The translations under genes and the position numbers were made by a program. The notes under the pieces were generated by a model. That model did no database searches. It was not told where the DNA came from and saw nothing but the letters and a program-made list of their open reading frames with translations. A stretch of 60,815 nucleotides of DNA, counting the filler, from Jimgerdemannia flammicorona (Eukaryota), in NCBI GenBank assembly GCA_003990765.1. It is 3 parts of 3 records of this genome, joined end to end, with 100 filler letters (N's around TTAATTAATTAA, not from the genome) between each part and the next. Parts side by side here need not be neighbours in the genome. Positions count along the whole stretch, not along the records: positions 40,616 to 60,815 come from RBNJ01001737.1; 2 more parts are not named here. The stretch is one strand, 5' to 3'. This document shows, one piece after another, positions 50,065-60,815 of this stretch. Each line of letters begins with the position of its first letter. The stretch's first letter is position 1.

Positions 50065-50661
50065 ATGTACGGCGACGAAGCCTACAAGCTCGCCAAAGAA
50101 GCCAAGCGCACGACAGACATCCTCCCGCCCTACAACGATGAACTAGTCCGCTCCGTAAGCCGCGAAATCCGCGCACTATCTGCCGAGTCCGACGCGATGC
50201 TCACCTCTCTCCGCGCGCGCGGTGCGACGTACGCAGACGACCCAGGTGCAGCATGCGCGGTGCTTGTGCAACAGCTGGCTGCCAAGCGGGACAAACGGTG
50301 TCTGTTTGCGTACCACCGGCAGCGGCTCGAGCGGGTCAAAGAGCTAGTGTGGGAGGCGGGACCGGCCGGAGTCCAGCGCGAGGTGAAGAGGTGCGCCAGC
50401 GCCACTGAGTTGGAGTTCTTTGATTGTTACAAGGAGAAGGTTGTCGGGGCGTACAAGCACTTGTTTACCGAGGTGGATTTACTGGGCGGGGGCTTGGATC
50501 CGCCTAAGGATTTGTTCATTGAGGTAAGGGTCGTGAAGGATTGTGGGGAAATTCAAACCGAGTATGGCGTGTTAAATTTGAGTAAAGGAAGTCAGTTTTT
50601 CGTGAGGAGGACGGACGTGGAGACCTTGATAAAGCAGGGGTTCTTGAGGCATGTGTCATAA
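50065..50661 (+). CDS. PSF1: GINS complex subunit Psf1
   Basis: MYGDEAYKLAKEAKR...LPPYN..LVR...RDKRCLFAYHRQRL...LDPPKDLFIEVRVVKDCGEIQTEYG...VETLIKQGFL; alternative ATG at 50059. Confidence 0.95.
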   Translation: MYGDEAYKLAKEAKRTTDILPPYNDELVRSVSREIRALSAESDAMLTSLRARGATYADDPGAACAVLVQQLAAKRDKRCLFAYHRQRLERVKELVWEAGPAGVQREVKRCASATELEFFDCYKEKVVGAYKHLFTEVDLLGGGLDPPKDLFIEVRVVKDCGEIQTEYGVLNLSKGSQFFVRRTDVETLIKQGFLRHVS

Positions 50662-50942
50662 AAGTGTAAGCGTGCCATAAGTGACTTGTACGATCATGCT
50701 GAGGGTCATACACATGCTACAGGCGTTGGACGATTCGGACATTTTGTACAATACAAAGATAGGATATTTTATGAGGCACTGTATCATTGCTTTGGGTGAT
50801 GGCCATGAGGATAACATTCAACAATGCACCTTACATAAAACAGATGTGAGCTGCTAAAGAAAATGATGCGAGGGGCCCAGTAACAAAATATCATAGGTCT
50901 TGTGCATCTCGCAACAAATCAACCACAAATCAAAATGTCTAA

Positions 50943-53380
50943 TCACCATGCTCTCATTCCCCTCGGCTGGCGATATTTCTGGGAAGATGAAAAGAGACGA
51001 GAGAGTCAGACGTATCATGATGGAAAAGGGGAACGCGGTCTGCATTCTCACAAAGAAATATGGACAGCAACGGCTAAACCAATAAGTGTACGTACCATTC
51101 TCCCCCTCCCCTTATACTTCACCGCCGACTTTTCGTCCTCACTATCTTCATCCTTTGATGCCTTCCCTTTTCCCTTCCCATTCCCATCTTTCTTCTCCTG
51201 CATCCTCTCCGGCGAGAACCCTCGATCCCTCTCCCACTCCGGCTTCTCTATAGTTGGATCATCCACATCCTGATACCTCTCCCCCTTTACCTTCTCCCGA
51301 TCCTTCCCCTTGCCCTCGTTCGTATTCGCATAGTACGACATCGCCCGCGGGAAGTCGTCCCAGTCCTGGTCCTGGCTCTTGTCTTTGCTACGGCTCCCGC
51401 TGCGGCTCCTGCTACGGCTGTGAGTTGGACTATGCGGTGGGATCACGTTCGGACTGCGGTGGTTGGCGTCGTCACGATCGTCGTCGCGGTTACTGTCATG
51501 TCGTGGCGTCCGGGACCGACGCTCCGATCGTCCCTGTGCTATGGGCGAACGGTTCCTACGTTTGATGTCTTCGTCGCTGCCGCGATCGTCGCTCCCGCGC
51601 CGCTTGTCATCGCTTCCGTGCCGTTTGTTGTCGTCCCTATGGCCACGGTCGTCGCTCCCACGCTGTTTGTTGTTGTCCCTATGACCATGGTCGTCGCTCC
51701 CGCGCCGTTTATCGTCATCGCCACGTCGTTTGTCGTCGCTCCCGCGTCGCGATGTTTCGACGGCCTTGCCCTTTCCCTTTCGATCTACCTTGGCATGATC
51801 GGGGCTCCCGGCCCGCTCAGATCGCTCCCTGCTCCTACTCCTACTCCTGCTGCGCCTCTTCTCTTCTTTTTCCTCCCTCTTTGAGTGATGGTGCTTCCTC
51901 TCCCTCTTGTCCTTCTTGTGCTCCTTGTGTTCCTTCTTGTGCTCCTTGTGCTCCTTTTTGTGCTCCTTCTTGTGCTTCTTTTTCTTGTCCTTCTTCTCCT
52001 TTCTATGCTTCTTGCGGTGCCGCTCCTCTGACTCCGAGCCGGATTCCGACCGTGAGGCCGACAGCGAGCGCGTCCGTTGGCGCTTTTTGTTCTTGCTCTT
52101 CGATCGTTCATCTTCGGAGTCCGAGTCGCTGCCGGAAGGGGAGGCCGCCTTCGACCCGGCGGGTTTCTTATCTTTGGTCTTGACTTAAATGAAGTAAAGG
52201 ACCGGAAGTACATCGTTGGTACACAATGACCGATTTGTAAGACACAAGCAACCACCAGCATGTCCTCTCTCCTACACCTTTGTAGCAAACACCCAGAAAG
52301 AACCTGCGAACCGTGCAAACTCACCTTTGACGTTCTCGGGTAGCCTAAGCTCCAGTTCCCCGCAATTCGCGATCATGACGGTGTTGAGCGGTCGATCACG
52401 CTCGTCGACGACTTGGTTCTCGACCGTCTCGACGACCTCGTAGCCAGTCACGACACGACCGAACACGACGTGCTTGCCGTCCAGGTGCGGGGTCGGACGC
52501 GTGGTGATGAAGAACTGTGACGAACTCGTGTTTGGACCGCGGTTGGCCATGGAGAGGAGGCCCTGCGTATCGTGCTTGCGCTTGAGTGATTCGTCTGGTG
52601 AGCACGAGATGGGGAAATGGAGGAGGAACATGAATGGCTGGGGGCTTAGTTCGTCGGTCGTTTGGAGATGATGTGTAGGAGAGGACTGTCGTTGCTTGAC
52701 GTAGAAATAACGTTGATTCCCTTATAAGTTAAGGAGGCTTGGCCTACCGGAAAAAGTCGCGCCATAAATACTCTCCCCACCCGACCCATTCCGTCGTGTA
52801 AAGTCTCCACCTTGGATCATAAAACCTTTAATGACCCTGGTCAATCGAGACATATTATGGAAAATTAGGATGGTCGGAGTTGGTAGGATACTTCTCTCAA
52901 TATCCCAGGTACCAATGTCAAGATCTGTGAATTTTAACACACAAGGACATCTCCCTATATCCATTTAATGGTGCTTTTTTGCAAGGCGTCCCTACCTGTG
53001 AAAGATGGAGCCTCGGTAGTGCAGCGGCATACTGCTCACTTTTCCGATGCCCAGTTCACCTTAACGCGGTGGAATCAATACACGCGGTTTAAGGAAAAGG
53101 TTTGCAGGCACGAGGTCCTTTGATCGTGCACACGTCCTACAATACCTGTGCACAGTGCTCGAAAATTCTCGGCCGTCCGCGGCACCTCATCCTTGAACAG
53201 CTCCATGATGATACGACCAACTTCATAAAAGGGAAGTTGAAGCAAATAGGACACCAAACGTAATGAGTGACGCTGTCCGCAGGACACAAGTCAATAAAAC
53301 ACCCAAAACTTTACACACTCACTTCTAGTGCCGTCGATATCAACATCAAAGAACACGCGCGGGTTTATGTTCACGACCAT
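50943..53380 (-). CDS. Cyclophilin with RS/charged C-terminal domain (PPIG/Moca-like), multi-exon
   Basis: [80 protein letters not shown]; long K/R/D/S tail ending [19 protein letters not shown]. Confidence 0.92.
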
Positions 53381-53551
53381 ATCTCAGTATTCTTTGAACA
53401 AGGGACAAGGGATAATATATACGCGTCGTGCGATTGTGGCCTTTTTTGTTTACTGTTGTGACGTTTCCGTGTCACGTGCCTTTTACGCAGTCACGAACGC
53501 CTAGTTTTGTTGTTTTTGTTGAACCTTTCACGCCCACAATCGAAAAGCATC

Positions 53552-54060
53552 ATGACTATGGCTGAAAAGACCCCAAACATCCCCGCCTCCTCTATTGAGC
53601 CAGGTCTTGGGAGGCCAGAGGTGCCCAGGTAACCCATAATTATAGTCTTATTCAACCAAAGGAACAACCGGAACGAAACGGCGAACGTCTTTGGAGTCAC
53701 GCTGTATATGTGACCTCCAGCTTACCCACTTCATAGACTCATTTTGTTTTTTCCCATATCTTTCTCCGCAGCAACGTGGTCGCCAAGCTCCTCCTTTTCA
53801 CCTTTGCCATGGTCACTTTGCCGTTGACAACATACTACCAGACCGTTGATCGCGTCTTCAACGGTATGTCTACTCCCCACATTCGGTTCGCCTAGCCTCT
53901 CCGACAATCTGAACATGTTCCCCTCATCTCTCGCACCCCAGGTAACAACACCTACGCCGCCGCTGCCGCCGCTGCTGCCGCGAACGTCATCGCTTTCACG
54001 TACATCATCGCCGCAGTGTTGGAGGATCGGGCTGACTTGCAGATAAAGAAGAAGGCGTAG
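53552..54060 (+). CDS. VMA21: V-ATPase assembly factor Vma21, 3 exons (53552-53628, 53772-53863, 53942-54060)
   Basis: Spliced translation ...SNVVAKLLLFTFAMVTLPLTTYY...GNNTYAAAAAAAAANVIAFTYIIAAVLED...KKKA*: two TM segments plus a C-terminal KKxx signal; not in the ORF track. Confidence 0.9.
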
Positions 54061-54633
54061 TGATGGGATACCTAGTGGGAGGAGAGGTTCGGGTATGATT
54101 TGTGGGGATGTGGAATACGTGAAAATATTGCGGTTGTTTGGGAAGAGGAGGTGTAAGAGAATACGACAACTTGTATGTAAATACTTTGAAAATTTCAAAG
54201 AGGCTTATTAAATTTGTATGCACACATGGTTTTACTTCTTTTTTTTTTTTTTTGGGTATCCTGATTGCGCGTCATTCAGTGGAGCTGTATCCAATGACAT
54301 GACACAAATATATGGGCAGACGCCCATTGACGACCCATTGACGAATATGATAACTATATGCTGCGTCGTGCATGCAAAAGGACGGATTATAATAGTATAT
54401 CGAGTAATAGTTACATGCCTTTCACAAATACACACACAAGGAAGGATTTATTGACATCGGACAATCTTGGTAGATTCATTCGCACGCCCGCCATCCCAAC
54501 GATTACAAAGGCGACAGCAAGAGAAAGTAGATATACATTTCCATTTGACAGTTCTCGACAGACCGGGCACATCCCCACGCCTCTTCCTGTATACAGCCAT
54601 GCTCGGATATTGTCGTCTAAACTACTGGCGTGG

Positions 54634-54840
54634 ACTAAACTGAACCTCCGCGTCCGCCACCTAGAAACGATCGCCACAACGACCGCGTCCACCGCGATCG
54701 CCGCCACCCCGGAAGCCGCCACCGCCGTCGCGACCGCCACCGCGTCCGCCGCTCAGAAACGATCACCACGACCGCGTCCACCGCGATCCCCACGCCCGAA
54801 ACCGCCGCCGCCATCGCGATCGCCACCGCGTCCGCCGCGG
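54634..54840 (-). repeat. Tandem duplication of the SmD3 RGG-tail/stop segment
   Basis: GCGGCGGACGCGGTGGCG...GATCGTTTCTGA is repeated as GCGGCGGACGCGGTGGCG...GATCGTTTCTAG, plus a partial third unit. Confidence 0.85.
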
Positions 54841-55536
54841 AAGCCGCCACGACCACCTCGTCCTCCTCTTGCTGTGTGATTGGAAGAAACATAATTGATG
54901 AGAAGCCGTCATAAAACGGTATAAGCGAGGATCTCATTCCCAGGTGAAGAGGGATGTCAAAATATCATGCAAGGTCCCCAACATTCCAAAAATGAACTGC
55001 GACGAAATATATCAACAACCAAAAAATAAAAACAATCAAACCTTGAGCTCTTGCCACTGTAGCCTTCCCTCTCCCCAACCCGATCCCCCTCCCCTTCATC
55101 GCACCCGGCCCGACCTTCTTGAACATGGGCGCGTTCTTAAGCATGTCCGGCACAATGAAAAACCGTACGTGCGAACCGCGGATGTAGACCTGATCGAGCT
55201 GCGAGACGCGCCCATCGCGAGCCGTCACTGTAATATCCTTGAGCTGGATGTTCATGTTGTCCTCGGCTACACAGAGTCAGAGGGAGGCAGACATTTTAAA
55301 TGAGAGAATTGGCATTTGTAGAAGCTGACGTCAGATAAGCTCGCGACCTTCTGTTACGGACATATTTACATCGCAAGTGCTACATTCATTCCATAAAAGG
55401 CGATTAAACCTAGTGCTATTTCGCGATATATACCTTCGAATAGCTTTCCGCGGTAAACCTGGCCGGTCTTCAGTTCGAGGGTGATGATGTGGCCCTGGGC
55501 CTCGTGGAGCAGTTTAATCGGTACACCTATGGACAT
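54753..55536 (-). CDS. SMD3: Small nuclear ribonucleoprotein Sm D3, 3 exons
   Basis: [16 protein letters not shown]...[16 protein letters not shown]...[22 protein letters not shown]...|ARGGRGG...RGDRF*. Confidence 0.95.
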
Positions 55537-58500
55537 GATGTGTATTACGTGGACTATGAAATGGTAGAGTCGTTCGAGTTGCGTGAGTTGATGGTGGATA
55601 GGATCGGAGGTTGCGTGAAAGTTCAGGAAGCAGACGCGACGTTTACCAAAGGGAGGTTCATTTTCGCCACCGACGCTGAAACACTGAAAATCAAAACAAC
55701 CGTGACGTCCATGTATGGTCACGTGTCGACATCATAGATATACAACTGAAGAGCACCAGGTGACTGTCGCGTGTAAAGAGTAGAAACAAGAGCATATCCG
55801 TGTCCGTTTTTTGACCGTCATTCTCACACCCCCTTCATTTCAAAATCAACCGGACCCGACTCAACAGCATGATCAACGATGTCGTTACCGTCAAACAATT
55901 CTGTTCAACCTACACATCCTATCTGGGGAACAAGACGAGGGAATGCCGCCGCGGTAAGGTCGATCGGCTAAGTGGTAAAGTGTTGGGTCGTTGCATTTGT
56001 TAAAAGGTTGTTGCATTATCGACTTGTCTTTTTGGTGGAACGCAGTGAATTTTTTTTTTTTTTTTGAGCGCTACAATTTCGGAACTATACATTTCGTGAC
56101 ATACTATCTGCATTTTCAGTAGATGAAAGTCATTGCGTTGATCCACATGACTGTATTATGTGAGAACCATAGCGTAAAATAGTTTCTGCATCGTGAACCA
56201 TAAGATACTGATAATACAGATATCGAACCTTCCTAACGGTTTCTCCATTCACACTGTCAACTAACCTTTCTCCCGAGCTGCTTTATCGAAGAATAAACGG
56301 CCAGGAGCAAGTGGGAAATGATCATTTTGAATAAGGTAGTGATGTTGAGTAAAATATACTATATACTATCTCCAGAGGCAATATATACATCCGCGACATT
56401 GCCAGGGTTCCCTTTGCATCAATGGCCGTTCTTCGTTCTTCGTTCCAGCTCCACTAGTTTTAGGAAGCCCTTGACGATGTACTGCAAGGGAACATATAAC
56501 ACTGTTAGTTTCAGCGTATTTTCTTCTTCCAGATTCTGCGTGTCGCCAATCTCTTATTCCCGACACGTAGCTCAACAAAATCTATTCCCTGTTCCGTCTT
56601 TCGCCCAATCTCTATTCCGCCCCATTTGCTGCATCCTACTTCCTACACTCTCGTTTCTGTCTTGGCTCTCACTTGGCTCTCCACCTGTTTAAGCTCACAT
56701 TAACAATGGACATCGGATTACAGGATGCCAATCTTATATTGGCTTCTTTCTCTCCTCGACTGGCAAAATGAAGCCGAAGTCAAGAGGCAACAGCAGCGAG
56801 CGTGTATCAATGGATGTAGGTACATCCACATAGAGGAGCTATCGTATTTTATCAAACAATATGCCCAATTCACCACCGCACTTCCTGCCGAACATCGAAA
56901 GCGTTATCACCCCGCACGGTTTTCCCGTGGGCCCGCCCATTATCTGTGCCTTACCACACACCGTCGACGGAGCAAGCGTCATCGTCAGCACCCGCGCGAA
57001 AACGGAAGCGTTGAACGTCAGGGATACGGCGGTGGATAGGGTGATCAAATTTTTCTAGATAGGAGGGTCCGGAACACTCGTACAAAATAAACATTAACTC
57101 ATTTATATTAGATCATTCGATAGTAATCAAAAATTGTATTTCTGCAATAAGAGAAGGAGGTTCCCTACTTATTAATTAGATGAATAGTAGATTATAGTTA
57201 AACGAAGGGCTTTGTTCTCGAGCTGCCACCTCGGTCACGGTGAGATACATCTCTCGTGGGATCCTTCTTTGTGGAAAGTTCCAAATTTCGCACGAAAGTA
57301 GACCCGCATGCCCAGGCACCCTCTCCAGCAGCATTCGTGGAGAGGATTGTTTAAACTCCAAGGGTTCACCTTGGACTCGTCATAGCCTGATCCTAATAGG
57401 CCGCTATTCAAGTGTATTGCATCGGACTAGATGAGACCATCGCTACATTCAAACATTCGTGGGTTGCGCCATCCTCGTCGTTTATTGTGTTGGGGAATAG
57501 ATAGTATAACGTAGACAACATCCTCCCTCTGTGTTTCTTTCCATAACAAGTATTCAAACACGGACGAAATCTAACCATTTTCATATGAAAGATACGAAAG
57601 CATATTACGAACAAAAAAAGGAAATTTGATAATTGACGGAGATTTCTTCCTCTACTTTTCTCTCTCATTAAAGCGTTAAAATTGGCCGAAGAACCGTTGG
57701 CCGCACTGTCGCTTTCTCTCTCTCCAAGTTTTGGGGAAACAGCCTTCGTTGGATGTCAGAGTAAGTGCCTGTGCGATAAATGGTAAATAGCCACCGCTTT
57801 AAGAACCACGGGGTGATCTGCGTACAAGGTGAGGGAGGGGAAATAATAGAGCAATAGGAATTTTTTTATTTCGAAGGTTATGGATAACAATTTGGTTGAG
57901 AGGTAGTCCTCTCAGATTGAAACCAATCGCGATGTTCGTGGCGCGGAGGTTCCGGAATTTGCACCGATCAATTAAAGAAAAATTGAATTGGTGCCGAGAA
58001 CGGGCCGCATGGTTAATAATCATCAACCCAAAAACACAATCTTTAGCTTATGATTTGATTGACAGGAGCGGAACCTCAAGAAAGGCTGCGTAACACCGAA
58101 GAAATCGTCCCGAGAACTCAGTATTGGCGGTGTTTTTCTATATGGTATCATGGGTGGCGCGGAGACGCGGGGACGCGGGGACTCGGGGATTAGGGGATTA
58201 GGGACGCGATTCGCGGTCGTAATTGTGAATGGAAAACGGGTGAACGTCACATAAAGACAAAACGAAAAGCTTGGGGATGTGACCCTTGAAACGGGGACCA
58301 TTCGCGTGGTCATTTTAAACTGTCTCCTCCATACCAATGATCATGAGTACACTTGGATACATTTTCTCTGCAAGTCTGCAAGCTTTTGGGATTTCCATGT
58401 GATTTCTCGATTCAGAGTTGTTGAGGGACGGGCGATTAGGGCTAAGGGGTCTAGCGATTGGTAACTCGGGTGCGATCTCGATGCCGGAGGTCGAACGCCG

Positions 58501-58612
58501 GTTACACGCGACAAAGTTTTGTAACGAGGAGGGTATATGAACCCAAGAATATCCTCCCGCAAAAAATATTCAAAACAACATAGCGATTAACCCAACACAA
58601 AATAACTGCACC

Positions 58613-60815
58613 ATGAATCAAACCGAGTTGCTATCCGAGTCGACAGGCACACTCACCAATGTCAACGGCAACGCCATCGTCGGGAAAACGGAATACGACA
58701 GCGAAGTGATCTCGAAGACAGACGAGGAGAAGGCCGTAGGAGGTGGCGAGGACCTTCCGAGGATTCAGCTCAGCGCCACCAGCACGATCATGCTTTTCAT
58801 CGGTCTCGTTCTCGCTGTGTTTCTGGGCAGCTTGGACGGAACCATCGTGAGCACGTGTCTGCCTGGTAAGTGAATTTATTTCGGGCTCAAGATCCCGAAC
58901 ACCCCGAACACAGCCTTGATAGGTATATACATTAATATGTACTGACATGAACCCACGTATGTAGTTATTGCCAGTCAGTTCAACGCTTTCGACTCCATCA
59001 CATGGGTATGTTTCATGATGCACGTACTTGTCCCCAATTGTCAGTCCAGTGTGTAAGCATTTTATAAAATTCCTACTTAATCATTATTCTGATACATCCA
59101 GGTCGCTGTCAGTTATCTTCTCACCTTCAACGCTCTGCAACCTCTTTATGGAAAATTTTCTGATATCTTCGGTCGCAAGTGTACGTGTCACATTCAGCAG
59201 ACCTTACTCATCTTTCGTTTCTGATTTGCTGCTCCCAAATAGGTCATAACCAACTGTCTCCGTTTCATTTCAACCACACAGATACCATGCTTTTCGCCAT
59301 TTTCGCCTTCCTTATCGGTTCTGCAGGTTGTGGCGCCGCCACTGGCACCATGATGCTGATCGGATTCCGCGCCCTGGCTGGTGTGGGTGGTGCTGGCCTG
59401 TTTGGTCTCACGTTCATCATCATCGCCGACATCTTCCCCCTCGAGGAGCGTCCCCGTTACCAGGCCATCGTCGGGTCGGCGTTCGCGTTCAGCTCCGTGT
59501 TCGGCCCTCTGTTGGGTGGCGGTGAGTGTCGGAAGCCAAGAATGGGAGTAATGAGTTGTTAGTGTTTGGACGATGGGGTAACATTCCTAACAGATTTTTG
59601 TTCCAACCTTTGCTTGGGATTCAGTCTTCACTGAAAAGGTGTCCTGGCGCTGGGGTAAATTCAATTTCCCTACAAATATCCTCATTTTTGATCTACCACA
59701 CAGTTCCAATCCTCATCACTGTCACCTTTACCTTTCACCTAGCCTTCTATATCAATCTGCCGATTGGTGCCGTCACCATTGTCGCCATTGTCATGTTCCT
59801 CAACCTTCCTTACGACCGCTCTTCCTTGGGTGAAAAGCTCAAGCGCGTTGACTTTTTGGGTACCATCGTTCTCGTTGGCGCAATCGTGTGCATCTTGCTT
59901 CCCACGGTATGTCTATACTTCCATGTTGAGTCACACATTCTTTTTTCAGTACCAATTTCCGACTTAACGTATCCATTCTTCCTTCTCTATTCTCAGACCT
60001 GGGGTGGCGTCACCTACCCATGGAGTGACCCGATCGTGATCTCGCTCTACGTCGTCGCCGTCGTTCTTATTGCCTTGTTCGGCATAGTCGAGTGGAAGTT
60101 TGCGCGTGAGCCCCTGATGCCCCTTCGCATGTTCACAAACCGGACCATCGTCGCCGTGATTTTGACCCAGTTCTTCTCGGGCATGGCGTTCTTCGGGTAT
60201 ATCTTCTACATGCCCATTTTCTTCCAGGTACAGTTCATATTCTTTTTAATTTCTATTTTGAATCCTGTGTCAAATTTCGATCCCACCGACACTCTCTTTT
60301 CTACCATCTCTTAGGTCGTCCGCGGAAACACACCCACGACCGCCGGTCTCCAGCTCCTTCCCATGATGCTCGGTCTCGTTGTCATTGGCAACATTGCCGG
60401 CAACTTCATGAATATGATCCAAAAGCGGATGCCCAACATCGCTGCCCATGTCCTCTATATCTACGTCGGCAACTGTCTCTTCCTCGTCGGCGCCGGCCTC
60501 ACCTCCACCTTGGACGAGAACACCTCCACAGGCGTCACTGTAGTATATCTACTCCTCGTCGGCATTGGCCTCGGCCTCACCCTGCAGATGAACCTGTACG
60601 CCGCTCAGAGCGCCGCCGACCCGCAGGACATGGCCATCGCCACCTCTACGGCATCCTTCTTCCAATCCATCGGTGGTTCAATCGGTATCGCTATCTTCGG
60701 CGCACTGGAGCAAAACTCCCTGTCGACGAACCTGAGCAAGATCCCCCCCAGTGTCGTGGTATGTGTTGGCCCTCTGCATTCCTCTAACTCCTTCCCTTCC
60801 CCCCCCCTCCTTCTC
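58613..60815 (+). CDS. MFS drug:H+ antiporter (DHA2/14-TMS-like), multi-exon, runs off the window
   Basis: LAVFLGSLDGTIVST.LP, QPLYGKFSDIFGRK, GFRALAGVGGAG, FGPLLGG, FYINLPIG, VDFLG, WGGVTYPW, EPLMPLRMF. Confidence 0.92.

Noticed and set aside
51420..52324. Several overlapping low-complexity ORFs
   Set aside because: Alternative frames and antisense of the cyclophilin RS/charged exon.
55869..57060. Possible small spliced gene (ATG 55869, GTAAG donor ~55954) and short ORFs
   Set aside because: Could not assemble a convincing spliced frame or recognise a domain; RNA-seq would be needed.

Overview
Eukaryotic (fungal; intron structure and proteins suggest an early-diverging lineage such as Mucoromycota, which is an inference) scaffold with two 100-bp N gaps. 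Bases 1 to ~45.1 kb are a nest of decayed, CpG/CpA-depleted transposons: a Copia remnant, four dUTPase-type or related Ty3/Gypsy elements (A 1601-18222, C 20798-31178, D split 20313-35963, E ~41.8-43.3 kb), a chromovirus (B; solo LTR 3183-5245 and a minus-strand copy 35958-40515), an L1/Tx1-like LINE, short poly(A) elements and a hAT MITE, with one intact host gene (hot-dog thioesterase ending in SKL) as an island. From ~45.9 kb a compact housekeeping cluster follows: Ariadne RBR ligase, CINP/C1orf109-like gene, PSF1, RS-domain cyclophilin, VMA21, SmD3 and a partial MFS transporter. Main observation: three different Gypsy families, including the chromovirus, carry an apparently homologous accessory ORF (Y-x-I-G-x-x-L ... 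[AI][RK][KQ]-x-x-x-[LI][FY] ... IP-x-L ... LS[FY]-x-x-I, then an acidic tail). It lies inside the LTR (A, D, B) or directly before the 3' LTR (C), suggesting an undescribed LTR-borne accessory or regulatory gene.
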